Source: Trichlorobacter lovleyi SZ (GTDB lineage: Bacteria; Desulfobacterota; Desulfuromonadia; Geobacterales; Pseudopelobacteraceae). From it: a DNA stretch of 32,000 nt. This document shows, piece after piece, positions 18,071 through 26,761 of the stretch. The stretch is taken from the NCBI RefSeq assembly GCF_000020385.1, contig NC_010814.1, forward strand, positions 2,550,001 to 2,582,000. Direction: 5' to 3'. The notes under the pieces are model-generated. The model had not been told where the DNA came from. It ran no database searches and saw nothing but the letters and a program-made list of their open reading frames with translations. Positions within the stretch are counted from its first letter, which is position 1. The number at the start of each line of letters is the position of its first letter. The position numbers and the translations under genes were made by a program.

Positions 18071-19513
18071 TCATTCCACAGCCGCCGCCACGACACTGCC
18101 TTCCCGGGCCAGCAGCGAGCTGACCGCAGCCACGGCAAACAGAACCGCACCGACCGCATAGACCGTACTGAAGGCTGACAGCAGCTGGGTACGTTCGACC
18201 GCCTTCAGCGCATCAGCGTGCAGCTTGCCGGCCTGCAGCGCTGCCAGGGCAAAGATGGTCTGGAACAGGCAGACCCCAACCGTCATCCCCACCCGCCCCA
18301 CCATCCTGAAACTGCCGGATACCGCCCCCTGCTTGCCCGGCGGCGCCATGCCCATCACCACGTTGTTATTGGACGGGATAAAGGTGGCCATTACCAGTGC
18401 CAACCCCACAAAATAGCCGTACACCGGCAGCATCCCTTCAGCGTTCAGGAAGAGGCTGAAACCGAAAGAGACCAGCACCCCTGCCAGCAAGGCCGTTGTA
18501 CAGAGGATGCGTGGGTTGACCCGCTTTGAAAGCTGTCCGGCCAGAGGTCCCATCCCCATGTAGATCAGCGAATAGAGCAGAAAGACCGTACCGGCCCGTT
18601 CAGTAGGCAGACCTTTGACGGTCATCAGGTAAAAAGGGGTGATAAAGTTATGACCGGCCAGATAGCACAGACAGAGAAAATTGGCCAGGTTGCCGTAATT
18701 GAAGGCAGGTGAGCGGAACAGGCTGTAGTCCAGCAAGGGATGAGCAACCTTGCGCTCCCAGAGGACAAAGACCATCAGACTGGCCACAAACAACACCGCA
18801 GCCCCCAGCACCGTCGGTGCCAGCCCGAGGCTGTTCAGCTTGCTGAAGCTGTAGATCAGACTGACCAGGGCCAGGGCACTGAAGGCTGAACCAACGTAAT
18901 CAAAGGCGGGCAAGGATGCCTTTTCAGCAGCGCACAGATCGGCCGGCAGGACCCGTTTGGCAACCAGCATCGCCACGATCCCGATCGGGATATTGATCAA
19001 AAAGGCCCAGTGCCAGGACAACAGACCGGTGATCAGTCCGCCCAGCGGCGTGCCGACCGAGATCCCCAGGGCCGCCGCCGTTGCCAGGGCACCAAAGGCC
19101 GGACCGCGCTGTTCCGGCGGCAGGTAGCGCGGCACCATGGCCGGGGTCAGGGCATACAGAACAGAGGCACCGATCCCCTGCAGGGCCCGGCTGGCCACCA
19201 GCCAGCCCAAAGTGGGCGAGACGGCACAGAAGAGGGAGCTGACCGTAAAAACAGCATAGCCCAGCATGAACAAGCGCTTGATGCCGATCCGGTCACCCAG
19301 GGTGCCGAACACCAGCAACAACGCCGTTACGGTCAGTTGGTAGGACATCACCACCCAGGAAACCGCCTCGGTACCGACCTTGAAATAACCGGAGATAACC
19401 GGCAACGAGATATTCACGATGTAGGAGTCAGCATTGACCATAAAGGTGGCAAAGGCGATGCTGAACAGAACCCAGAGACCGCGTTTTTTTGTACCGTCCT
19501 GAACTGCGGTCAC
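18071..19513 (-). CDS. MFS transporter, 14-TMS DHA2/EmrB-like drug:H+ antiporter type
   Basis: 480 aa with multiple TM segments and an MFS motif-A-like GTLGDRIGIKR. Its GTG start overlaps the upstream stop as GTGA (19510-19513). Confidence 0.85.
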   Translation of the reverse strand: MTAVQDGTKKRGLWVLFSIAFATFMVNADSYIVNISLPVISGYFKVGTEAVSWVVMSYQLTVTALLLVFGTLGDRIGIKRLFMLGYAVFTVSSLFCAVSPTLGWLVASRALQGIGASVLYALTPAMVPRYLPPEQRGPAFGALATAAALGISVGTPLGGLITGLLSWHWAFLINIPIGIVAMLVAKRVLPADLCAAEKASLPAFDYVGSAFSALALVSLIYSFSKLNSLGLAPTVLGAAVLFVASLMVFVLWERKVAHPLLDYSLFRSPAFNYGNLANFLCLCYLAGHNFITPFYLMTVKGLPTERAGTVFLLYSLIYMGMGPLAGQLSKRVNPRILCTTALLAGVLVSFGFSLFLNAEGMLPVYGYFVGLALVMATFIPSNNNVVMGMAPPGKQGAVSGSFRMVGRVGMTVGVCLFQTIFALAALQAGKLHADALKAVERTQLLSAFSTVYAVGAVLFAVAAVSSLLAREGSVVAAAVE

Positions 19514-20607
19514 AGCGTTCCTTCCAGGGCATAACGGGCCATCTGTTGCCCGTTCATGCCGGACAGCCCCATCTTTTCAACGGTCCTGCCGCTTGACCAG
19601 TAATCAACACCATTGGCCATGCAGGCCACATTCACCATCGCCTCGATCCGCGGCACCGGTACACCGATCTGCCTGCCGATTGCCGCAATGGTGGCCAGAC
19701 CATAGGGGATATCCTCGGTAACATAGCGATGGTTCAGACTGTCCGGCGCCATCTGGACGTTATGGGCCGAGACCTGGTACATAATGTCGTAGGCGCTCTC
19801 TCCCTTGACCTTGTACAGCACCTGCATGGTGTCCATAAACGAGAAGGTCTCACGGCAGAGCAGCCTGGCCACCTCCATCCGCTCCTGGTCCACCGCCTCC
19901 ATGATCCGCCCCACGGAAGGGGTGATATCGTAGTGGGAGTTGCGGTACGGCCCCATCTGCTCGATCCGGCTCATGTTCATCAGGGTGGAGATCGGGTGGA
20001 TGATCAGGCCCGGCGCATCAATACTGGTCTGCAGCACCCCCATACTGGGGGAGAGCTGGGGATAGAGATCGGTCAGGATCCAGAGCGCCTCGGCAGTCCG
20101 CTTGGCCGGAAGGGCGGCAAAGGGCAGTTCCTCCTTGGCTGCCTTGATGTTGACATGACCCAGCCCCTTGGTCTTGGCAGCAAAGATAAACGAGGTGGTC
20201 TCGCCGATAATGAAATCATTAAAACGCCCAGCCTCCCGCAGCATCTTTGCAAAGACCAGGGTGCCGAACTTGCCGGGATTGAAGACCACGATCTGCCCCT
20301 TTTCGCCATGCTCAATCAGGGCCTGCATATACGGTTCCTGGCCAAAGGCAGGCACCACCACCATCACCACCTCGGCCCCTTTGATGGCGGCGGCGACATC
20401 GGTGGTCATCATGGCCGGTTTGGCAAACCCCACCGGAGCGCCACTGGAGGTGACCCCCTCCACCATAATCCCGCCAAAGGCCATCAACAGTTGCAGGTTG
20501 GAGGCGTGGTTCGCAGCTGCGGCCAACCGCACCTCATGGCCTGCCAGGGTCAGATCGCCGGCCATGGCAATCCCGCCGTGACCGGCGCCAAGAATTGCTA
20601 CTTTCAT
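19510..20607 (-). CDS. NAD(P)-dependent octopine/nopaline (opine) dehydrogenase family protein
   Basis: N-terminal Rossmann motif MKVAILGAGHGGIAMAGDL. Length and C-terminal helical domain are typical of the opine dehydrogenase family. GAGGTG RBS. Confidence 0.7.
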   Translation of the reverse strand: MKVAILGAGHGGIAMAGDLTLAGHEVRLAAAANHASNLQLLMAFGGIMVEGVTSSGAPVGFAKPAMMTTDVAAAIKGAEVVMVVVPAFGQEPYMQALIEHGEKGQIVVFNPGKFGTLVFAKMLREAGRFNDFIIGETTSFIFAAKTKGLGHVNIKAAKEELPFAALPAKRTAEALWILTDLYPQLSPSMGVLQTSIDAPGLIIHPISTLMNMSRIEQMGPYRNSHYDITPSVGRIMEAVDQERMEVARLLCRETFSFMDTMQVLYKVKGESAYDIMYQVSAHNVQMAPDSLNHRYVTEDIPYGLATIAAIGRQIGVPVPRIEAMVNVACMANGVDYWSSGRTVEKMGLSGMNGQQMARYALEGTL

Positions 20608-20713
20608 AGGTACACCTCATCGCATCAGGTAAACAGCAGTTGCAAGTATGCCACAGCTTCTCTAAATGTGAAGCGCTGCTGGTGTTTTTTGTTTATTGTG
20701 GTAAAAACCCAGA

Positions 20714-20742
20714 TTGACGGTAATTTTTCATCAGCGTATGGT
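20714..20742 (+). promoter_or_regulatory. Predicted sigma70-type promoter, TTGACG-17 nt-TATGGT, for the histidine-kinase operon
   Basis: TTGACG at 20714-20719 and TATGGT at 20737-20742, in the AT-rich divergent intergenic region about 55 nt upstream of ATG 20796. Confidence 0.4.
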
Positions 20743-20795
20743 GCGTAAACATATTTTTGCTCTCTTTTATAGCAGCATCTCACCATGAGGAAGCG

Positions 20796-23003
20796 ATGCC
20801 CAGCACCCCCGAACAGGATCAACAGGCACTCAAGCATTACTGCACGCTGCGCTGCAGAATCATCTCCAGTGTGCTGCTGCTGCTGACGGTACTGCTGATC
20901 ATCTCAAGCTGGCACAGCTACAAAGGGTATCAGGTCGCCATCACCAATGCCGAGCATCAATCCCAGAGTTATGCCCGTGCCCTGAAAGAGCATGCTGAAC
21001 GGGCCTTTTCCGAGGCCGACCAATCCATCCACTACACGATTCACCAGATCTCCAACCGGGGCGGCCTGCAGTCCTTTTCACGCCGGGAGCTGTCTGATCT
21101 GTTAGCTCAAAATGCAGGCAACATCGCCCAGATCGGCACCATTGCAATCATTGATGCCAACGGCCGGATGCTGGCGGCATCCGGCAACACCCCCTCACTG
21201 CCGTCGGACATCACCTTCCGGGACTACTTCAAACACCACCGTTCAAACCCGTCGCCGGAGCTCTTCTTCGGTCCGCCCATCAAATCGATCATTGCCGGCA
21301 ACCGCTGGCACTTTACCGTTTCGCGCCGGATCAACACCCCTGCCGGCGCTTTTGCCGGCATTGTACGTGTCGCCTTTGATATTAGCTACTTTGAAGAGTT
21401 GTACAGCTCAATCGTTGCCGGCCGCAATGGCCGCTTTACGCTGGCCACCACAACCGGCGGCGACTATCTGGTGCTGGTCCCCTCGGAAGAAAAAGTCTAT
21501 GCCAGCGGCAAAAAGACCGCCCCTTTTTTCCGCACCTATGTGGCAGAACAGGCCGTCCGCACCTATCACAACAAAAAATCAAACATTGCCGGAGAATACC
21601 GGATCATCTCCTATCACCGGCTGGACCATTATCCGGTGGTGGCCATCAGCTCTTTTGGCCGGGATCAGGCGACTGCTGAATGGAAAGAAACCACTATCAA
21701 ACAGGGCATTATCACCGCCCTGCTCTGTCTGCTGGCCCTGTTGCTGACCCGTATCCTGCTGGTCCAGATCAAGCAGCTTGACCTGACCAACCGGCTGCTG
21801 CAACTGCAGCAGGAAGAGCTGCGGGCGGCCAAAGAGACGGCCGAAGCGGCCACCCAGGCAAAAAGCGAATTTCTGGCCAACATGAGCCATGAGATCCGTA
21901 CCCCGATGAATGCAATTATCGGTCTGGCACAATTAACCCTTGAAACCCGTCTGGATCCGCAACAGAAGAGTTATCTTGAGCGTTTGAGAAATGCATCTAC
22001 CGCCCTGCTGTCCATCATCAACGACATCCTTGATTTCTCAAAGATCGAGGCCCACAAGATCGAGATCGCCCATCTTGAGCTGAACCTGGCTGACATCCTG
22101 CAGGATGGTGTGACCCTCTTTCAGACTGCAGCAAAGGAAAAGGGACTCAAACTCAGTCTTGAGATTGCTGACGATATCCCGCAGCACCTGATCGGCGACC
22201 CGCTACGTCTGGGGCAGGTACTGAACAACCTGATCAGTAACGCCGTCAAGTTTACCGAGCGGGGAAGTGTCACAGTGCGGGCCGAACTGGCCGACAGAGA
22301 TGATCAACAGGTGATCATCCGGATTCTGGTCAGTGACACCGGAATCGGTATCGACAAAGAGCAGTCCGAACGTCTTTTCCAGCCCTTTACCCAGGCCGAC
22401 GGTTCGATTGTACGCCGCTTTGGCGGCACCGGGCTGGGGCTTTCCATTGCCCGTAATCTGGTTGAGCTCATGGGCGGCAGCATCACCCTCTCCAGTTGCC
22501 CCGATCAGGGCAGTACCTTTGCCTTTACCACCCGCCTTGACCTGGCGGCAACCGTACCATCGCAGCCCGATCAGCCTCAGCACACCCCCTATGAGATTGC
22601 CGGACCGATCCACGGTGCCCGGATACTGCTGGTGGAAGATAACGAGGTAAACCAGTTTGTTGCACGGGAGTTCCTGACCAAGGCCGGCCTGAAAGTCACC
22701 TGTGCAGCCCATGGCGGCGAAGGGGTTGAATGGATCAAAAACTCGGTATTCGATGCCGTCCTGATGGATATGCAGATGCCGGTCATGGACGGGGTGCAGG
22801 CCACGCAGCTGATCAGAAAGCTGCCCGCGGGCAGGCAACTGCCGATTATCGCCATGACGGCGGCAGCCATGGAGGCGGATCGCCAAACCTGCCTCGATGC
22901 CGGCATGGATGACTACCTTTCCAAACCGATTGTACCGCTTGAGATATTGGAAAAGCTGATCAAATGGATTACAGCCAAGAAACGGCAGCTCCATGAATCG
23001 TAA
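20796..23003 (+). CDS. Hybrid sensor histidine kinase/response regulator with a periplasmic Cache/PDC-like sensor domain
   Basis: Two TM segments flank a periplasmic domain of about 270 aa. H-box is [12 protein letters not shown] box is [11 protein letters not shown] boxes are DTGIGI and GGTGLGLSI. The C-terminal receiver shows [21 protein letters not shown] and YLSKP. The start is placed at ATG 20796; the track uses the TTG at 20757. Confidence 0.9.
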   Translation: MPSTPEQDQQALKHYCTLRCRIISSVLLLLTVLLIISSWHSYKGYQVAITNAEHQSQSYARALKEHAERAFSEADQSIHYTIHQISNRGGLQSFSRRELSDLLAQNAGNIAQIGTIAIIDANGRMLAASGNTPSLPSDITFRDYFKHHRSNPSPELFFGPPIKSIIAGNRWHFTVSRRINTPAGAFAGIVRVAFDISYFEELYSSIVAGRNGRFTLATTTGGDYLVLVPSEEKVYASGKKTAPFFRTYVAEQAVRTYHNKKSNIAGEYRIISYHRLDHYPVVAISSFGRDQATAEWKETTIKQGIITALLCLLALLLTRILLVQIKQLDLTNRLLQLQQEELRAAKETAEAATQAKSEFLANMSHEIRTPMNAIIGLAQLTLETRLDPQQKSYLERLRNASTALLSIINDILDFSKIEAHKIEIAHLELNLADILQDGVTLFQTAAKEKGLKLSLEIADDIPQHLIGDPLRLGQVLNNLISNAVKFTERGSVTVRAELADRDDQQVIIRILVSDTGIGIDKEQSERLFQPFTQADGSIVRRFGGTGLGLSIARNLVELMGGSITLSSCPDQGSTFAFTTRLDLAATVPSQPDQPQHTPYEIAGPIHGARILLVEDNEVNQFVAREFLTKAGLKVTCAAHGGEGVEWIKNSVFDAVLMDMQMPVMDGVQATQLIRKLPAGRQLPIIAMTAAAMEADRQTCLDAGMDDYLSKPIVPLEILEKLIKWITAKKRQLHES

Positions 23004-24327
23004 TCTGTTTACAAACCTGTCAACCATTGCCCTGTTGGCGGTTGCACCGTACAACAGTGCAGCCCAACCGGTTGCGCTTGATCCCCTGCTGCTGCAGCAG
23101 ATGCAGGAGACCATCCGGCAGCAACAGCAACAGTTGCAGCAGCAGGCTGAACAGATCAAGGCCCAGGCCGAAGTGTTGCAGCGGTTACAGCAGCAGATCA
23201 GCACCCTGCAGCAGGCGGCAGTACCCGCCCCAAAAACTGTGCAGACTACACCGCAAGTGACACCTCCTGCTCCCCAAGCACCACCCATAACCTCTGGTAA
23301 TAACAAGATCAGGCTGGCTCTTTCCGGGCAGATCAACCGGGCGGTGGTGGTGGCCAACGACGGCTACAACAGCACCCTCTACCATGTGGACAACACGGTC
23401 AGCAACAGCCGCTTCCGTCTGGTGGGGACTGCCGGAGTCAACAATGATCTGATCCTGGGCACCCGGCTGGAGGTAGCGGTATCGCCTGACCGTTCGTCTG
23501 CGGTATCCCAGAAAGACAAGACCAGTGGCGACCTGTTTGACCAGCGTTGGGTAGAGATCTCATTCACCAGCAAGACCTTTGGCAAGCTCTCGATCGGCAA
23601 GGGGGATACGGCCTCCAACACCACGGCCGAGGTGGATCTTTCGCGGACCGATGTGGTGCAGTACGCCAGTATCGCCGATATGGGGGGCGGCTTCCTGTTC
23701 CGCAGCAAAAACGGTACACAATCGTTTATTCCCAACGGTACAAGCAGCCTGAAGGTATCCGATGCCTTCAGCAGCTTTGACGGACTCTCCCGCCAGTCGC
23801 GCCTGCGGTACGACAGCCCCCACCTCTACGGCTTCAGCCTGGCCGGTTCTCTGGTCAGCAACCAGCGTTCCGACCTGGCCCTGTTCTGGGGCGGCCAGGG
23901 GTACGGCTTCAAAGGAGCCGGAGCCTTTGCGGTTTCCAACCCAAAACTTGCAAGCGGCGGGCTGCTGTATGATGGTTCTTTTTCCCTGCTGCACAGCACG
24001 AGTGGCCTCAACCTGACCCTGTCCGGCGCCATGCAGGAGTACAACCTTAGAAAGAACGCCACCAACCTGTACGCCAAACTGGGCTGGCTGGCCAGCCTGA
24101 CCAGCCTCGGCTACACCGCCTTCGGGGTTGACTACACCCGCTCCGAACATCAGGCACAAAACGGGGACAAAGGCTATTCAGTGGGAGCAGCAGTGGTGCA
24201 GACCTTTGAAAAGATTGCCACCGAGCTGTATCTTCAGTACCGGATCTTCTCCCTTGACCGGGCCGGAGGAACTACCCCGGTTGCCGATATCAACATCGGC
24301 ACCTTCGGGGCCAGGGTAAAATTCTGA
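22993..24327 (+). CDS. Outer-membrane porin with an N-terminal Gln-rich coiled coil (DcaP-like architecture)
   Basis: Signal peptide, then a heptad-like Q/L/A-rich segment (residues about 31-75), then alternating beta-strand sequence ending in the C-terminal F (GARVKF). The start overlaps the kinase stop by 11 nt. The DcaP comparison rests on architecture only. Confidence 0.6.
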   Translation: MNRNLFTNLSTIALLAVAPYNSAAQPVALDPLLLQQMQETIRQQQQQLQQQAEQIKAQAEVLQRLQQQISTLQQAAVPAPKTVQTTPQVTPPAPQAPPITSGNNKIRLALSGQINRAVVVANDGYNSTLYHVDNTVSNSRFRLVGTAGVNNDLILGTRLEVAVSPDRSSAVSQKDKTSGDLFDQRWVEISFTSKTFGKLSIGKGDTASNTTAEVDLSRTDVVQYASIADMGGGFLFRSKNGTQSFIPNGTSSLKVSDAFSSFDGLSRQSRLRYDSPHLYGFSLAGSLVSNQRSDLALFWGGQGYGFKGAGAFAVSNPKLASGGLLYDGSFSLLHSTSGLNLTLSGAMQEYNLRKNATNLYAKLGWLASLTSLGYTAFGVDYTRSEHQAQNGDKGYSVGAAVVQTFEKIATELYLQYRIFSLDRAGGTTPVADINIGTFGARVKF

Positions 24328-24518
24328 TGAAAACTGTTTTCAGTTTGCTGTTTCTGATACTGCTGGCCGGTTGCAGCGGTATCATGCTGTACCAGCCTCC
24401 CAACCACCGTGAAGAAGGACCACAACAGGGACTGTTCACCGGAGAAAAGGGAGCATTTGAGATTGGCATACTGCCCGAAAGTAACCGCCCATTGAGGCAG
24501 AAGGAGGAAACGCGATGA
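24327..24518 (+). CDS. Small (63-aa) lipoprotein
   Basis: The ATG overlaps the porin stop (TGATG). Lipobox LLAGCSG. Its stop overlaps the next ATG (ATGA). This tight coupling on both sides argues that it is real. Confidence 0.5.
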   Translation: MKTVFSLLFLILLAGCSGIMLYQPPNHREEGPQQGLFTGEKGAFEIGILPESNRPLRQKEETR

Positions 24519-25240
24519 AGATGCTATCAAGAATGATCATGCTTCTGGCTGTTCTGCTGGTTCCCGGTATCTCTCAGGCTTTCAGTGTTGCCGGCAGCTA
24601 TTCAAGCAGCGAAGGTGCCGTTACCCTGCATCAATCAGGAGACCGCGTCACCGGACGTTACACGAACGACAATGGAGAGTTGACCGGCCTGATGTTCGGC
24701 AACATCTTTGAGGGGTTCTGGATCGAAGACGGATCGGACCGGCGCTGCTCGACCCCCAAGAATGGCCGCTACCATTGGGGACGTGTTACCCTTACCTTTG
24801 ACGGAAACGGTTTCAACGGTGTCTGGGGTCATTGCGACGACAAGCCGGCCCGCCCCTGGAACGGCTCCCGCAGTTCCGGCAGTCAGGGGGGCACACCACC
24901 TGCCGATCCCGGCCATGATCCCTTTAGCGTTACCAGCGACGGCCCCGGCATTGAGGGACTCTGGGGCTCTTCAGAGGGCGACATCAGGTTCCGCCAGCAG
25001 GGCAACCGGGTGGCGGGGCGTTACAGCAGCGATAACGGCGAGCTTGTCGGGACGCTGCAGAGCGGCACCCTGAGCGGTTACTGGATCGAAGACCACTCGG
25101 CCCAGCGCTGCATAACCCCCAGAAACGGACGGTACTTCTGGGGCAGGATTGAATTCAGCTTCTCGGGCAACAGATTCACCGGACGCTGGGGCTACTGCGA
25201 CGGCCCCCTGACCGGCAACTGGGGCGGTGAACGCAAGTGA
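24515..25240 (+). CDS. Secreted protein made of two homologous modules of about 94 aa; unknown family
   Basis: AAGGAGGA RBS and signal peptide ending ...GISQA/FS. The modules align along their length and are joined by a G/S/P-rich linker. Module 1: GDRVTGRYTNDNGELTG...GFWIEDGSDRRCSTPKNGRYHWGRVTLTFDGNGFNGVWGHCD. Module 2: GNRVAGRYSSDNGELVG...GYWIEDHSAQRCITPRNGRYFWGRIEFSFSGNRFTGRWGYCD. Confidence 0.65.
   Translation: MKMLSRMIMLLAVLLVPGISQAFSVAGSYSSSEGAVTLHQSGDRVTGRYTNDNGELTGLMFGNIFEGFWIEDGSDRRCSTPKNGRYHWGRVTLTFDGNGFNGVWGHCDDKPARPWNGSRSSGSQGGTPPADPGHDPFSVTSDGPGIEGLWGSSEGDIRFRQQGNRVAGRYSSDNGELVGTLQSGTLSGYWIEDHSAQRCITPRNGRYFWGRIEFSFSGNRFTGRWGYCDGPLTGNWGGERK
24590..25234 (+). repeat. Intragenic tandem duplication (module 1 about 24590-24871, module 2 about 24953-25234)
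   Basis: Protein-level repeat as described above. Each copy holds two conserved Cys. The copies have diverged at the DNA level. Confidence 0.7.
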
Positions 25241-25255
25241 CAACGGAGCTCAGCC

Positions 25256-26761
25256 ATGCCTGACCAGATCCCTGCAGCTGCAAATCTCGCCATCGCCCTG
25301 CTTGGTCCCAACCTTGCCAGGCAGCCGGACAAAACCGCCTATATCTGTAACGGCGAGGCTGTCAGCTATCAACAACTGGCTGACCGGGCCTGCCGGTTTG
25401 CCACCCTGCTGCAGCAGAACGGTATCGCAGCCGGAGATCGCGTACTGCTGATACTGCCTGACAGTCCGGTCTTTGTTGCCGCCTTTCTGGGTGCCGTGTT
25501 GCATGGTGCCGTTGCCGTACCGGTCAGCACTGCCCTGACGGCTGATGACTACCGCTACATCCTGCAGGACTCCGGCGCACGCTTCCTGCTATACTCCTCT
25601 GCAGTTCCTCCGGCTGCAGAACTTGCGAGTACAGCACTGACCAACCTTGTCTGTACCGAGACCTTGACCGGCTGGCTGGATCACTGCCCGGCTGCACGGC
25701 TGGCCGCAGCAGCGCCGGAGGAGGATGAGCTGGCCTTCATGCTCTACACCTCCGGTTCAACCGGCAAACCGAAGGGGGTGCCTCACCGGCACCGAGACCT
25801 GCTGGTTGCTGCCCGTCAGTACGCCGTTCAGGTCCTGGGCATGCAGCAGGATGATCTGATCTTTTCAGCCAGCAAGCTGTTCTTTGCCTACGGTCTGGGC
25901 AACAGCCTGGCCTTTCCGCTCTATACCGGGGCAACCGCGATCCTGTACCCCGGCAAGCCGTTGCCTGATGAGCTGCTGCATCTGATCGCACAGCACCGCC
26001 CCACCCTGTTTTTCTGCGTCCCCACGGTCTATGCCCAGATCATCCTCTCCACCGCCGCTCCAGAGCTGACCCTGCCGATGCGGCTCTGCATCTCTGCCGG
26101 TGAAGGATTGCCGGGTGCCGTGCTTGACGAGTGGCAGCGCCTGACCGGTCTTGCCATTCTGGATGGGATCGGCACCACAGAACTGACCCATATCTTTATC
26201 TCCAACTACCCGGACCGGATACGGAGCGGATCTGCGGGACAGGCCGTCCCCGGCTACCGGATCCGTCTGGTGGATGATGAGGGTAATCTGGTTCAGAGCG
26301 GTACGCCGGGTCACCTGCAGGTACAGGGAGACAGCACCGCCCCCTGTTACTGGAATCTGCCGGAGAAGAGTGCCGCCACCATGCTGCCGGACGGCTTCAT
26401 CAAAACCGGCGATGTCTTTCTGGAGCAAGACGGCTATTACTACCATCGGGGACGCAGTGACGACATGCTGAAGGTCGGAGGGCAGTGGATCTCGCCGGTA
26501 CAGGTGGAAGAGGTGCTGCGCTCCCACCCCGCAGTGGAGGATTGCGCCGTGGCGGCCTGCCAGATCTGGGGACTGATGCGACCGGCAGCCCACCTGATCC
26601 TCAAACCGGGCAGCACAACAGACCCGGCCTTTGAACGTGAGCTGCGCAGCTTCATGGCTGCCCGGCTGCCTGACTACATGGTACCGGTGCGTTACCACCT
26701 GGTGGATGACCTGCCCCGCACCGCCACCGGCAAGGTCCAGCGTTTCAAGCTCAGAAGCTGA
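25256..26761 (+). CDS. Adenylate-forming aryl-acid ligase of the benzoate-CoA / 4-hydroxybenzoate-CoA ligase family
   Basis: ANL-superfamily cores are present: MLYTSGSTGKPKGV, DGIGTTE, GD.F..D.DGYYYHRGRSDDMLKVGGQWISP, and the C-terminal PRTATGKVQRFKLR. GGAG RBS. Confidence 0.85.
   Translation: MPDQIPAAANLAIALLGPNLARQPDKTAYICNGEAVSYQQLADRACRFATLLQQNGIAAGDRVLLILPDSPVFVAAFLGAVLHGAVAVPVSTALTADDYRYILQDSGARFLLYSSAVPPAAELASTALTNLVCTETLTGWLDHCPAARLAAAAPEEDELAFMLYTSGSTGKPKGVPHRHRDLLVAARQYAVQVLGMQQDDLIFSASKLFFAYGLGNSLAFPLYTGATAILYPGKPLPDELLHLIAQHRPTLFFCVPTVYAQIILSTAAPELTLPMRLCISAGEGLPGAVLDEWQRLTGLAILDGIGTTELTHIFISNYPDRIRSGSAGQAVPGYRIRLVDDEGNLVQSGTPGHLQVQGDSTAPCYWNLPEKSAATMLPDGFIKTGDVFLEQDGYYYHRGRSDDMLKVGGQWISPVQVEEVLRSHPAVEDCAVAACQIWGLMRPAAHLILKPGSTTDPAFERELRSFMAARLPDYMVPVRYHLVDDLPRTATGKVQRFKLRS

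Noticed and set aside
20638-20656. Sigma-54-like TGGCAT...TGCA element on the minus strand upstream of the opine-dehydrogenase-family gene
   Set aside because: The GG-to-GC spacing is 3 nt too short, or 3 nt too long using the next TGC, for the fixed -24/-12 geometry. No enhancer-binding protein gene is nearby. A similar look at 30831-30958 also failed on spacing.
23083-23217. CAG/CAA-rich stretch that could be read as a DNA microsatellite or contingency repeat
   Set aside because: It is an imperfect, codon-level Gln/Leu/Ala heptad pattern inside the porin coiled coil. It is not a uniform tandem DNA repeat, so there is no evidence for slippage-type phase variation.
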